DNA from: a virus
Lineage: Duplodnaviria > Caudoviricetes
IMG/VR virus record: IMGVR_UViG_3300009082_000959
Length of the DNA stretch: 64,000 nucleotides
Reading direction: 5' to 3' (one strand)
Shown here: positions 9,303-19,344 of the stretch, one piece after another
How positions within the stretch are numbered: the stretch's first letter is position 1
Layout of the letters: the number at the start of each line of letters is the position of its first letter
Position numbers and translations under genes: made by a program
The notes under the pieces: model-generated
The model's input: only the letters and a program-made list of their open reading frames with translations
Database searches by the model: none
What the model was told of the DNA's origin: nothing

Positions 9303-10501
9303 AAATAGGAATCGTTGGTGATACTCACGTCGGAAGTGGCTATAATTTTGGCAAAACAGATGGAGCAACCCAGCTAAATACAAGGTTATTGGATTTGGTT
9401 GAAACTTTTGACAACACAATAGATGAATTTAAAAAGAGAGATGTAAAGTTAGTTGTTATTACTGGTGATGTTTTTGATAGCAAACATCCTTCTTCGTCTC
9501 AACTTAATGCTTTTTCAAAGTGTGTCCAACGCGCCATAAAAGAAAAAATGGAAATTGCGATAGTGGTAGGAAATCACGATCAGCAAAGGGCGATATCAAC
9601 GACAACGGTTGATATATTTGAGGTTTTGGAAATACCAGAAATATCAGTATATGCCCATGCCGGTTCAAAAATAATTAAAGATGAAGATGGTCAAGAGTTT
9701 GGTTTAATTTTTTTGCCATATCGTGACAGGAGAATGATTGGAGAAAAAACTAATACAGATGCAATTGCCGTTATAAAGAAAAACTTAAATGACATATGCG
9801 CTTCTCTTCCGCAAAAGAGAATTGTTGTAGGGCATTTCATGGTTGATAAGCCGGTTTCAGGAGAGAATCCAGACTCTTTCAGTATAAACGAGTTAGTTTT
9901 GCCAATAGATACATTTGATTGTGTTGATTTGGTTGTTATGGGCCATGTTCATAGACACTCGATAGTATCAAACAAAAAACCAAAGATAATAAATATCGGC
10001 TCAATGGATAGAGTTTCTTTTGGTGAAAAAGACCATACAAAGGTTTCCTTGGTAATAGACACAAAAACACTTGAAACAGAAATAATAAAAAGTAAAGTTA
10101 GAAATTTTATAGAAATTTCTCTGGATTATTCTCCAAAAGATAAATATTATAAAAACCAAATTAATGATAAAATTATCGCAGACATAGACAAATTCAATGC
10201 GCAAACAAATTTGTCAGGTTCTATATTGAAATTTTCTGTGAAAGTAAGACCAGATGATTTATGTTTTGTTGATAATGAGAAAATATTAAGTAGTCTTGCG
10301 GCAAAAAATGTAAAATATATAATGCCCATACATGTTGCTGCATCAAATCCAAGACAAATGAGGAACAAAAAAATAACAGAGGATATAAAATGCCAAGATG
10401 CTATGTTGGCCTACATAAATGGGCTAATAGAACCAGAGAACATAAAAAAGAAATTAATAAAAATTGCCACGCATATTATTGATGAGGTAGATTCTAAATG
10501 A
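9299..10501 (+). CDS. sbcD: SbcD/Mre11-like nuclease
   Basis: GDTHVG, GDVFD, GNHD, GHF, GHVH metallophosphoesterase motifs; adjacent to SbcC. Confidence 0.92.
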   Translation: MKIGIVGDTHVGSGYNFGKTDGATQLNTRLLDLVETFDNTIDEFKKRDVKLVVITGDVFDSKHPSSSQLNAFSKCVQRAIKEKMEIAIVVGNHDQQRAISTTTVDIFEVLEIPEISVYAHAGSKIIKDEDGQEFGLIFLPYRDRRMIGEKTNTDAIAVIKKNLNDICASLPQKRIVVGHFMVDKPVSGENPDSFSINELVLPIDTFDCVDLVVMGHVHRHSIVSNKKPKIINIGSMDRVSFGEKDHTKVSLVIDTKTLETEIIKSKVRNFIEISLDYSPKDKYYKNQINDKIIADIDKFNAQTNLSGSILKFSVKVRPDDLCFVDNEKILSSLAAKNVKYIMPIHVAASNPRQMRNKKITEDIKCQDAMLAYINGLIEPENIKKKLIKIATHIIDEVDSK

Positions 10502-12579
10502 CACCAGATTATTTAAAAATTGAAAACTTCTTGTCCCACGATCAATCAGAGGTGGATTTTAAAAAATTCGACCTCGCTCTGATACTTGGGTCATTTGACG
10601 GAGAAACAGACCAATCAAACGGTTCAGGTAAAACCGCCATCATGGCCGCTATTTTGTGGGCTCTTTTTGGAAAATCCAGGCATAAGAAAAAGGATGGAGT
10701 TGTAAAGTGGGACAAACGATCGTGTAGGGTTGAGTTTTCATTCTGGATGAATAATGATTTATACAGAATTACACGGACACGAGATAAGATTGTTGGAGAA
10801 TCTGATGTTGTATTTGAAAAATGGAATGGTTCTCAATACGATAGCATAAGCTGTGATACAAATTCTGCGACAGATAATAAAATAGAAGAAACAATAAATA
10901 TTAATTATGAAGTTTTCATAAATTCTATTTATTTTAAACAAAATGATATATCTATGTTCGCTACTTCTGCTCCCGGAAAAAGAAAAGATATATTAAAAGC
11001 GTTGCTAAAAATGTCCAAGTGGGACCAATATCAGAAAAAATCAAAAGACCGCGCAAAGATTTTATCTACCAAAATAGAAGAAAAATCAAAATTATTGATA
11101 CCATTTGATGGATTGCAACTTGCTTTAAACACTTGCGTTAGTGATATAGAAAATTTAGAAGTATTGTTGGCAAAGAACACAAAAGAATATGATGAAAACA
11201 ATAGTAAGTTTGTTGGTTTGTCATCACAGTATCACACATTATATTCTGATTCAGTTGATGATAATGAGGTAAAATTATCGAAACTTCAAAAAGAGTATAG
11301 CGTGGCGGTTAGTAGAAAGAATAAATTATCCGCCGATATAATTGAAAATAATACATCTATAAGCAACAGCAATGATAGTGTTGCATCTATAAAACAAAGG
11401 GCCAGTGTTTTAAGAGAGAAAGTAAAAGCAAAGAAAGATATAAATTTACAATTTTTGCGTTCAAAGCTAATAGAAGGAAAATCAAAAGATGCATCTATGT
11501 CTGATAAAATATTGGAATTAAACAAAGATGTAGAATTATCAGGTGAGTGCGACCTTTGTGGAAAACAAATAACTAAATCAGAGGCCGATGCCATAAAGGA
11601 ATCAAGAATACAAAAATTATCAGATTTAAAACAAAAACAATCTGAAATAAAATCAAAAATTTCAAAGCTATCAAAACTATTAAAGGAACAAGAGAAAATA
11701 GTTGAGGACGGTAATTCGGCTGAATTAGAAATAAGCAAATTAGAAACAAAGATATCAAAACTTCAATCTGATATAAATAACAAAATTACAGAAAATGAAA
11801 GAATTTCTATTGAATTATCAAAAATAGATGAGAAAAAATTTGAAAGAGAAATTGATTTACTCAAAATAAAGGCAGACGCAAATGGTAGAAAATTATTAAA
11901 AAAAGAAATTGATGATTTGGAATTACTATTAAAATCAACAAAATTATCTGGAAGTAATTTGAGCAAAGAATATGGCCATAAGCTTGGCAAAAAGGAAGAA
12001 TTTGTTGCAAGTATATCTGCCCAAAAAGAAATACAATCTCAAATAGAAAGACTTAAATCCGAGTTTATTATATATGACAAATTAAAGAGTTATTTTGGCA
12101 AAGATGGAATTCAGTCAATTATAATAGAGAATGTTATAGGTGAGCTTGAAAACTATACAAATGAAACTCTTGAAAAGATTTGCAATGAACCCACATCTAT
12201 TTCAATAAAGACGCAAAGACAAAATGAAAATGGGTCTTGGGCGGAAACCATTGAAATATCTACGAAAGTTGGACAAAGAACAGATGATTTTGAATCTTTG
12301 TGTGGCGGAGAGCAGTTTAGGATATCATTGGCAATAAGATTGGCTTTAAGTAGTATTTTGTCGAGTAGAATGGGCGGAAAGATTAAGTTTTTACTTTTAG
12401 ATGAAGTAAGTTCAAGCCTTGATAATAAGGGATTGAGAATGTTTATGGACACAATAAAAGGATTGAGTAATGAGATGAAGGTTTTAGTAATAACCCATGA
12501 TGACCGATTAAAAGATATGTTTGAGCATGTAATAATGGTTGATAAGGGACCAAGCGGCAGCAGAGTAACTATGTCGTAA
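10498..12579 (+). CDS. sbcC: SbcC/Rad50-like ATPase
   Basis: Walker A NGSGKT, coiled coil with CDLC zinc hook, LCGGEQ signature, Walker B LLLDE, ITH. Confidence 0.93.
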   Translation: MTPDYLKIENFLSHDQSEVDFKKFDLALILGSFDGETDQSNGSGKTAIMAAILWALFGKSRHKKKDGVVKWDKRSCRVEFSFWMNNDLYRITRTRDKIVGESDVVFEKWNGSQYDSISCDTNSATDNKIEETININYEVFINSIYFKQNDISMFATSAPGKRKDILKALLKMSKWDQYQKKSKDRAKILSTKIEEKSKLLIPFDGLQLALNTCVSDIENLEVLLAKNTKEYDENNSKFVGLSSQYHTLYSDSVDDNEVKLSKLQKEYSVAVSRKNKLSADIIENNTSISNSNDSVASIKQRASVLREKVKAKKDINLQFLRSKLIEGKSKDASMSDKILELNKDVELSGECDLCGKQITKSEADAIKESRIQKLSDLKQKQSEIKSKISKLSKLLKEQEKIVEDGNSAELEISKLETKISKLQSDINNKITENERISIELSKIDEKKFEREIDLLKIKADANGRKLLKKEIDDLELLLKSTKLSGSNLSKEYGHKLGKKEEFVASISAQKEIQSQIERLKSEFIIYDKLKSYFGKDGIQSIIIENVIGELENYTNETLEKICNEPTSISIKTQRQNENGSWAETIEISTKVGQRTDDFESLCGGEQFRISLAIRLALSSILSSRMGGKIKFLLLDEVSSSLDNKGLRMFMDTIKGLSNEMKVLVITHDDRLKDMFEHVIMVDKGPSGSRVTMS

Positions 12580-12602
12580 ATCTACTAATAAAGGATGATA
12601 AT

Positions 12603-13244
12603 ATGGGCATTCTATATCCATTTAAAAGAGTGTATGGGTTGATTGGCGCACCAAGAAGTGGCAAGGATTTGATAGCAAATTTTTTAGTGGAAACAAGAGG
12701 TTTCACCAAAATTGCCTTTGCTGACCAGATAAAGTTGGAGTTCGGTATTAGCGATGCCGACTTTGATGCAGCCAAATCAACTGGGTCCGACTTGGAATTA
12801 AGAAATAAGTTGTGGGATTTTAGTGCAGAAAAGAAAAAGAATGACCCAGAGTATTTTATAAGAACAGTTATTAATAAAATAAATGCCTTACAAGAGTCGG
12901 TGGTAGTTACAGATATAAGGACACAGGATGAATTGCGTGCATTTTACGGTGTCCCATTAGTAAGGCAAACAAGTGCTGGTAAATTATTTTTAGTCACAAA
13001 GAATGGGCAATATGTGGCAAGTTCTGGTCACATAGCGGGGTCAAAGATATTAGAAAGTGATTTGCAGGATTATTTTGACACTGGTAAATGCCAGCGTATA
13101 GTAAATAATGATAGCGGTTTGTGTGATTTTTACCAGCATCTTGATGAATTTTTCTTTATGCAGGATATTGTAAATTTATCAAACAAATTACAACTATTAA
13201 ATTATTTGCGACAATTTAATATTACAAGAAAGACACAACAATGA
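12603..13244 (+). CDS. Deoxynucleoside monophosphate kinase-like protein
   Basis: GAPRSGKD P-loop, AFADQIK, VVVTDIR. Confidence 0.75.
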   Translation: MGILYPFKRVYGLIGAPRSGKDLIANFLVETRGFTKIAFADQIKLEFGISDADFDAAKSTGSDLELRNKLWDFSAEKKKNDPEYFIRTVINKINALQESVVVTDIRTQDELRAFYGVPLVRQTSAGKLFLVTKNGQYVASSGHIAGSKILESDLQDYFDTGKCQRIVNNDSGLCDFYQHLDEFFFMQDIVNLSNKLQLLNYLRQFNITRKTQQ

Positions 13245-13852
13245 AAAACATACTTTTAGACATAGATGGTGTCATTGCTGATTTTTATGTTGGGTTTGCA
13301 CAACACTTAAATGAAAATCATGGTTGTTCTCTTGATTTAAATTCTGACCCATCAAGTTATTCTATTTCAGACTGGGGACGTGGTGTTTGTGACATCGGCA
13401 ATATAGAAGAAACAATATTGGAATGGATTATGTCTGATGGAATGAGAAAATTACCAACAATTGGAGAAGCAAAAGAGTTCTTTGATAAACTTGAAAAATT
13501 GGGAAATGTTCATATAGTTACGGCCAGAGTGGGTGATTGGAAGCTTAAATTCAATGATAGTGTCGTCAATAAAATAAAAGACAACACTATTGGTTGGTTG
13601 AATGACAAGGGGATTTCAACAAAGAATTTAAATTTTGAACACGATAAAATTTCCTTTTGCAAAAATAACAAAATAAACATTATGATAGAGGATAAACTTT
13701 CCACGGCAATCGATGCAGCAAGGAACGGAATCAAATCTATTATAGTGGATAGAAAATATAATAAAAGCACAGTCAAAGAAGACGGAATGTATAGAGCGTT
13801 TTCCTTTGATGATATTTTAAGAAAAGTTGGTAAATCTAATGGCATCTGGTAA
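13241..13852 (+). CDS. HAD-family 5'(3')-deoxyribonucleotidase
   Basis: LDIDGVIADF, IVTAR, MIEDK. Confidence 0.8.
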   Translation: MKNILLDIDGVIADFYVGFAQHLNENHGCSLDLNSDPSSYSISDWGRGVCDIGNIEETILEWIMSDGMRKLPTIGEAKEFFDKLEKLGNVHIVTARVGDWKLKFNDSVVNKIKDNTIGWLNDKGISTKNLNFEHDKISFCKNNKINIMIEDKLSTAIDAARNGIKSIIVDRKYNKSTVKEDGMYRAFSFDDILRKVGKSNGIW

Positions 13853-14165
13853 GTATATTTTAAAAGAAGATGAATTAATTTCGCTTGTAAATGAAGTTAA
13901 AAATAATGGCCCAGAAAAAACCTACGATAAACTAAAAGAAAAAATTAATTTGGTTGTGGATTTTGATGATAATCTTGATAGTATGCTAATGGATATGCAT
14001 GATTCAGTATTGCAAAGGGCAAGAATATGCGCAGAGGATGATAAAAACATTGATACTTTATATTCAATTACGGTAATATTGAGAAGACTTGCGCACCAGA
14101 TACATAGGGCCTACATAAAACGTGGTAAAGACAAAAGTAATAATAATTTTTTGCATGTAGCATAG
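13839..14165 (+). CDS. Hypothetical protein
   Basis: ATG 13839 chosen; operonic packing. Confidence 0.65.
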   Translation: MASGKYILKEDELISLVNEVKNNGPEKTYDKLKEKINLVVDFDDNLDSMLMDMHDSVLQRARICAEDDKNIDTLYSITVILRRLAHQIHRAYIKRGKDKSNNNFLHVA

Positions 14166-14174
14166 GAAACTAAA

Positions 14175-15059
14175 ATGGCAGTAGTCACACTAACATTTCA
14201 AGGGTCTGATGACGAGATAGTCTCTGGAATACCAAGATACATTTCCATAGAATCAAATGTCACTGCCACAATTTATTTTACAATTGATGGTTCAACGCCA
14301 ACCACTAATTCACCAATATATACAGACACAATTAATGTTCCAACTAATCAAAACTCAATTACATTAAGTGCATTTGGGGTTGGGCTGGATGATGTTAGTG
14401 GTCCAATATTGACACAAGTATTTGCAACAGATGTTTCCAGAATTTCAATTACCAGAATGATTGGGATTGAAGGAATTATGTTAAATAGAGCAGATACTGG
14501 CGCTGACATACCAAATGATTATGATGCCGATGGATTACCTGGAAGATTTTTAGACATAGACCCCAGCAATTTAGATTTTTCGCCAGGAGATCGTGGGTTT
14601 AATGGAATAGCACCAGGAACACGAATAGAGGTCGGATTTCAAGATCCCACATCTACGCCGTCATTACTTGATGATGATATGGAAATTTCATCATCACCGG
14701 AAATAGGTGAATTCTTTAATCCAAATGCCAGAGTTATTTATATAGATAATAGAATACCAAATGATATTTTAATCATTCTTCGGCCATATGGATCACTGCA
14801 CGACCCATATATAGAGTTTGGCGGCAAAAGAATATTAGAGTCATCAGAAGACGCAAATTATGTCAGCGGTGGATTTGTAAAAAGATTTTATAATCCTGTT
14901 AATAATACTATGGTATCGTATTATTTTGATCATAATGAAGCACGATATGTTAGAAATATACAGAATTTACCAAGCAATATTCCTAATAGAGAACAATACT
15001 CGCCCGGCAATCCACTGGTATTTAAGTGGGTTTATGGTGGAAGGCAGTCTAGCTTGTAA
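14175..15059 (+). CDS. Protein with N-terminal chitobiase/Fn3-associated Ig-like domain (possible virion protein)
   Basis: IYFTIDGSTPTTNSPIYT motif. Confidence 0.65.
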   Translation: MAVVTLTFQGSDDEIVSGIPRYISIESNVTATIYFTIDGSTPTTNSPIYTDTINVPTNQNSITLSAFGVGLDDVSGPILTQVFATDVSRISITRMIGIEGIMLNRADTGADIPNDYDADGLPGRFLDIDPSNLDFSPGDRGFNGIAPGTRIEVGFQDPTSTPSLLDDDMEISSSPEIGEFFNPNARVIYIDNRIPNDILIILRPYGSLHDPYIEFGGKRILESSEDANYVSGGFVKRFYNPVNNTMVSYYFDHNEARYVRNIQNLPSNIPNREQYSPGNPLVFKWVYGGRQSSL

Positions 15060-15067
15060 GGAAAACA

Positions 15068-15826
15068 ATGGAAATTAATAAAGAAGAAGAAAATCCGTTA
15101 CTAATAAAGTTATCAGCAAGTTCAAAGAAAACCTATCAACAATGTCCCCGAAAATATTTTTTCAACTATATAGAAAAAGCACCCAAGAAAACTTGGTTAC
15201 ACTTTGACATTGGGAATCTATGTCACAAAACACTTGAATTATTTCATTACAATTATATTAAAAATGGAACACACAAAATGTCCTTATCTGAAATGATGGG
15301 CGTGTCGTTCGCAGAGGCAAGGAAATCGTATCTGGATATGAGTAATGATAATTTAGAAGAAGTAAAGTCAATGTTATCAGATTATCTTGCATCAGTAAAA
15401 GAAAATGGAATGCCAAATGTTAAGGGAACTGAAATTGGTTTCAGCTTTAATATAGATAAAGATGTTTTAATGAGAGGGTTCATAGATAGGTTGGACATTA
15501 TGAAGGATGGCAGGTTTCATATAGTTGATTACAAAACAACAAAAAATACTCAATATCTTGATGATTTTCAGTTGCTGGTTTATGGAATTTGGCTCAAAAA
15601 AGAGTATCCGACCATAGAGTCATTTAGAGGATCATATGTTTTATTAAAGCACAAATCCGCACTTAAAAGTTTTGATTTTAATTTGAGTGATGTTGATATA
15701 GTTCAAAATGAATTAATAGAATATGCATCAAAAATAAGAGAAGAAAATTCGTGGGTTCCAATTCCAAGCAGACTTTGTAATTGGTGCGATTTTTATGATA
15801 TTTGCCCGGCTCAACAGCAGTGGTAG
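15068..15826 (+). CDS. PD-(D/E)XK nuclease, RecB/Cas4-like with four Fe-S-type cysteines
   Basis: LSASS..YQQCPRKY, GFIDRLD, IVDYKT, CNWCDFYDIC. Confidence 0.87.
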   Translation: MEINKEEENPLLIKLSASSKKTYQQCPRKYFFNYIEKAPKKTWLHFDIGNLCHKTLELFHYNYIKNGTHKMSLSEMMGVSFAEARKSYLDMSNDNLEEVKSMLSDYLASVKENGMPNVKGTEIGFSFNIDKDVLMRGFIDRLDIMKDGRFHIVDYKTTKNTQYLDDFQLLVYGIWLKKEYPTIESFRGSYVLLKHKSALKSFDFNLSDVDIVQNELIEYASKIREENSWVPIPSRLCNWCDFYDICPAQQQW

Positions 15827-15841
15827 CCAGATTGGAAAAGT

Positions 15842-16636
15842 ATGAAAGATTTTGAAATATTTAAGAACGATGATAATTGTCAAATTGGGTTTTCTGGTGT
15901 TGTTGCGGTTTATGATAGTGAAATTTATGTAGATACAAGAAGTGGAGTTGGATACGACGAAGTTATAAAAAAACTAAATCCACTTATATATAAATTTACA
16001 AAAAAATATTATATGAGTAAGAAAGATCTTGTAGAGGACATAAAACAAGATATAGTGTTAATTATTCTTGATGGAATAAAGAAATTTAATCCAGAAAAGG
16101 AAACAAAGTTATCTACATTTATAGAAATGTATGTTAATCAAAAATTAATAAAAAAGGTTAGGGATAATAATAGGGATTTTAGAAGTGCAACATCACTTAA
16201 TATTAGTAAATATAAAATAATATGTAGGTGTGGTTTTAGGGATACTGTTAGTTTATCTCCGCAAGATATAAAAGATTATTGTTGTAGTGTTTGCGGGAAA
16301 AAGATTGAAAAAATTCCAAGGCGGATATCCGTTGGTGATATCAATGCATCAGATTTATCAAGCCCACTTTCATCTGATCAATCCTCTAATCCGCCACTGG
16401 ATATGGATATATTTCAGGAGAAAAAAGACGACAGTGATATTTGTTTTGCAAATGATTTACAAAATTGGGTTAGTGATAAAGATGAAAAGTTAGCAAAAAT
16501 TATATCTCTTTATTGTTTTAATGATTACTCAATTACTGCTGCGTCTAAATTAGTTGGAATAACAAGTCAAGGTGGAAACGGCAAGCTTAAAGATTTAAAG
16601 AAAAATAAAAAATTATTAGAAATTCTTGGTAGGTGA
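15842..16636 (+). CDS. Sigma70-like factor with internal zinc ribbon
   Basis: Region-2-like EDIKQD...IKKFNPEKETKLSTF; CRCG...CSVCG insert; region-4-like HTH at C-terminus. Confidence 0.7.
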   Translation: MKDFEIFKNDDNCQIGFSGVVAVYDSEIYVDTRSGVGYDEVIKKLNPLIYKFTKKYYMSKKDLVEDIKQDIVLIILDGIKKFNPEKETKLSTFIEMYVNQKLIKKVRDNNRDFRSATSLNISKYKIICRCGFRDTVSLSPQDIKDYCCSVCGKKIEKIPRRISVGDINASDLSSPLSSDQSSNPPLDMDIFQEKKDDSDICFANDLQNWVSDKDEKLAKIISLYCFNDYSITAASKLVGITSQGGNGKLKDLKKNKKLLEILGR

Positions 16637-17397
16637 AAATGTCTAATTTGGTGAAAATTCTTATTAAGCAACAAAAAACTGATGCAAGAAAATCTATAGC
16701 AGCACAAAATAGAGAGATATCAAAAAGCAAAACATGTGCCCAATACATAATGTTTAAAGTAATTGCTGATGAGAAAAAATTTCTTGAGTATGATTTCTCC
16801 TCGGCAAAAAAAATAGAAGATGTAATGGATATAATACATTCCATTAGACATGCATCGGTAAATAGAAATTCTCATTACTTTAAGTGTGAATTATGTAAAA
16901 AAATATTGGCGCAGGTATCAACGCCACTGCCCGGAACTAATAAAGAATTAACAAAAGTTGATGACGATAAAATAAAAATACGATACGGTAATTTAATTGC
17001 AATATTAAGCAAAAATGTTGCAGACGAAATATCAAAGATGCAAGGCAAAAAAATGCCAAGCCAAAATGATATTACCAGGTGGGCACTAAAAGACGCAGTA
17101 TTAGAATTTTACAAAGATTTTAATGAAGAAGAAAGTGCGATTGTCGTAAAAAATGTTGGAGACGATCGTCTTGATTTGAAATTCGAAGCCGATTTTGATG
17201 TTATTTATAAAAAATGGTTCGATCGGCTTGACAAGTTGCAGCGCCGAAACGATAAATACACATTGCAGATCGAGGAATTTGATCGGGCCCAAGAAGATTT
17301 GGAACAAGGAATGCGTGGTTCAAATTTTGAAAAACAATTGGATAGGTATAGAAAAGAGTTTATGGAACAATTAAATGCAATAAATGGAACTAATTAA
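16633..17397 (+). CDS. Hypothetical protein
   Basis: GTGA overlap with the previous gene; contains CELC. Confidence 0.7.
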   Translation: MKMSNLVKILIKQQKTDARKSIAAQNREISKSKTCAQYIMFKVIADEKKFLEYDFSSAKKIEDVMDIIHSIRHASVNRNSHYFKCELCKKILAQVSTPLPGTNKELTKVDDDKIKIRYGNLIAILSKNVADEISKMQGKKMPSQNDITRWALKDAVLEFYKDFNEEESAIVVKNVGDDRLDLKFEADFDVIYKKWFDRLDKLQRRNDKYTLQIEEFDRAQEDLEQGMRGSNFEKQLDRYRKEFMEQLNAINGTN

Positions 17398-17413
17398 TAA
17401 AGGAAAGGATCGT

Positions 17414-18697
17414 ATGACTAATTGTGTTGAGGTTGAAAAATTAAGTGAAATAAAGTATAAGATTAATATTTCTGTTCCATCCCAAGAGGTGGATAAAAAA
17501 TTCGATGATTTTTTTAAGATAGCTGGAAAGAGTGCGCAAGTTCCTGGTTTTAGAAAAGGGAAAGCCCCATTGTCTTTTTTGAAGCAAACTTTCTATGAAA
17601 AGGCAAAACCAACTGTTGCGCAAGCCTTGGTTGGTGAATATTTTACCAAAGCAATACAAGAGAATTCCATTAATCCCGTTGGGAAGCCGGAAATGGATAG
17701 TAAATTTAACAACGGCAAATACCCAGGATTATTTGGATTTGATAATTCTTTTAGTGCAAGTCTTATTGTGGAAGTTTTACCAAAAATTGATCCAGCTGGT
17801 TATTTAGGAATGGAATTAGATTTGCCAAACATTGATTTAAATAAGATGGTAGAAGCAAAGGTATTGGAAAGCAGAGAGCAGTTTGCAGAGAGAAAGCAAA
17901 TTTCTGATAGACCTGCCCAAACTGGAGACTCCGTAGTAATAGATTTTACCGGAATGATTGATGGAAAGCCGTTTGGTGGAGGGTCTGCGTCTGGCCATGT
18001 GATTAATTCGCTTGGTTCTGGAAGTTTGGTGTTTGGATTGGAGGCAGGAATAGTGGGAATGTCTTTAAATGAAACCAAAAATATCCCAGTGAAATTTCCT
18101 GATGATTATAGAATGAAGAATTTGGCTGGTCAGAATACAACATTTGATGTTACTCTGAAAAGCATAGTGGAAAAAAAGTTGTCAGAAGTAAATGTTGATT
18201 TAGCACTAATGTTGGGATTTACCTCTATTGAAGAAATGATGGAAAAATTTAAGTCTGATGCGCAGGAAAACAAAAGCGCTATGGAGCGGCAAGCACTTGA
18301 CAAGACAATTGTAAATATGCTCATAGCAAAGAATGTTTTTGATGTTCCTTCGGCTCTTATAGATGATGAATTTAGGCGCATAATGACTATATCAAAAAAT
18401 AAAGTTGAAGACTTGCAAAGCGATGTTATTGCAAGTATCAAGAAAATAGCAGAGACAAATGTTAAGCGTGCGGTGTTGTTTGATGCAATATACGAAAAAG
18501 AAAAGTCACTTGAGGTGACTCCAGAAGAATTAAACAAACTATTAGAACAACACTCAAAGGCAAACAATATGTCGAAGGATGATTTGGTTAGTAATTTATA
18601 CAACTCAAATCAAATGGATAATTTTGTGGGTATTTTAAGAACATCAAAAGTTGTTGATTTTATTATCTCACAAGCAAAAAGAAAGGAAAATGTTTAA
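17414..18697 (+). CDS. tig: Trigger factor
   Basis: Ribosome-binding GFRKGKAP, FKBP domain GDSVVIDFTG...FPDDY, C-terminal chaperone domain; AGGAAAGGA before ATG 17414. Confidence 0.93.
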   Translation: MTNCVEVEKLSEIKYKINISVPSQEVDKKFDDFFKIAGKSAQVPGFRKGKAPLSFLKQTFYEKAKPTVAQALVGEYFTKAIQENSINPVGKPEMDSKFNNGKYPGLFGFDNSFSASLIVEVLPKIDPAGYLGMELDLPNIDLNKMVEAKVLESREQFAERKQISDRPAQTGDSVVIDFTGMIDGKPFGGGSASGHVINSLGSGSLVFGLEAGIVGMSLNETKNIPVKFPDDYRMKNLAGQNTTFDVTLKSIVEKKLSEVNVDLALMLGFTSIEEMMEKFKSDAQENKSAMERQALDKTIVNMLIAKNVFDVPSALIDDEFRRIMTISKNKVEDLQSDVIASIKKIAETNVKRAVLFDAIYEKEKSLEVTPEELNKLLEQHSKANNMSKDDLVSNLYNSNQMDNFVGILRTSKVVDFIISQAKRKENV

Positions 18698-18942
18698 TGG
18701 AAACAGCAAGTAAGCAATCGGTAACTGGATTTAAGGTAATCAATTTTCAAAGCAAAACAAGCAAGGATACAGAGAAGGTTCGTTTGGTTTTGGAGGCAGA
18801 AGTAGATACAATGGGAGCCGGCACATATGATGTTGGCGATATACTAAAGGCTTTGCTCCATCATCAAACCGGACAAATAGATGTTGGCCTATCCGTGTTT
18901 GTAAATTCTGCACTTCCATCATCGGAAGAAGACACCCCATAA
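18697..18942 (+). CDS. Hypothetical protein
   Basis: TAATG coupling with tig. Confidence 0.7.
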   Translation: METASKQSVTGFKVINFQSKTSKDTEKVRLVLEAEVDTMGAGTYDVGDILKALLHHQTGQIDVGLSVFVNSALPSSEEDTP

Positions 18943-18971
18943 TATAATAGCATTAGTGTTTCGGCAGAGCA

Positions 18972-19340
18972 ATGCTATTTGCCATTGCTCTGCACCCCAC
19001 ATACATGACAAAATTTTCAGACATCATTACACAAAAAACAACAAGCTGCTCAAAGTGTTTCTCGATGTTGTATGGCTTGCCGTGCCAAATAGACGCAGAC
19101 ATTGCAAACTTTTTAAAATCATTTGGTGGTCCAATTTATCCTTTGCAATCAGTGTCTTTGCTAAAAATAGACTCGACCGACGGATTTCATATAGAGGGAA
19201 GGCTTGGAGCAAAAGTTATAAAATTTGGAATGCCAAAAAAATACGAAAACAGTGATTTGGCAAAGCTTAAAAGAAAAATAGAATTTGAATTACAATTAAA
19301 AAAGTGGTTGGAAAAGAAATTAAATATAAAGATTGGATAG
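18972..19340 (+). CDS. Hypothetical protein
   Basis: ORF filling the gap before dnaE; CSKC motif. Confidence 0.6.
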   Translation: MLFAIALHPTYMTKFSDIITQKTTSCSKCFSMLYGLPCQIDADIANFLKSFGGPIYPLQSVSLLKIDSTDGFHIEGRLGAKVIKFGMPKKYENSDLAKLKRKIEFELQLKKWLEKKLNIKIG

Positions 19341-19344
19341 AAAA

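Noticed and set aside
12583-12592. TACTAATAAA as a late-promoter motif (also 15099 and 60280)
   Set aside because: Only three copies, one inside a CDS; about one would be expected by chance in such A/T-rich sequence.
15068-15826. Cas4 as evidence of a CRISPR-Cas locus
   Set aside because: No repeat-spacer array or other cas gene is visible; solo RecB/Cas4-like nucleases are common in phages.
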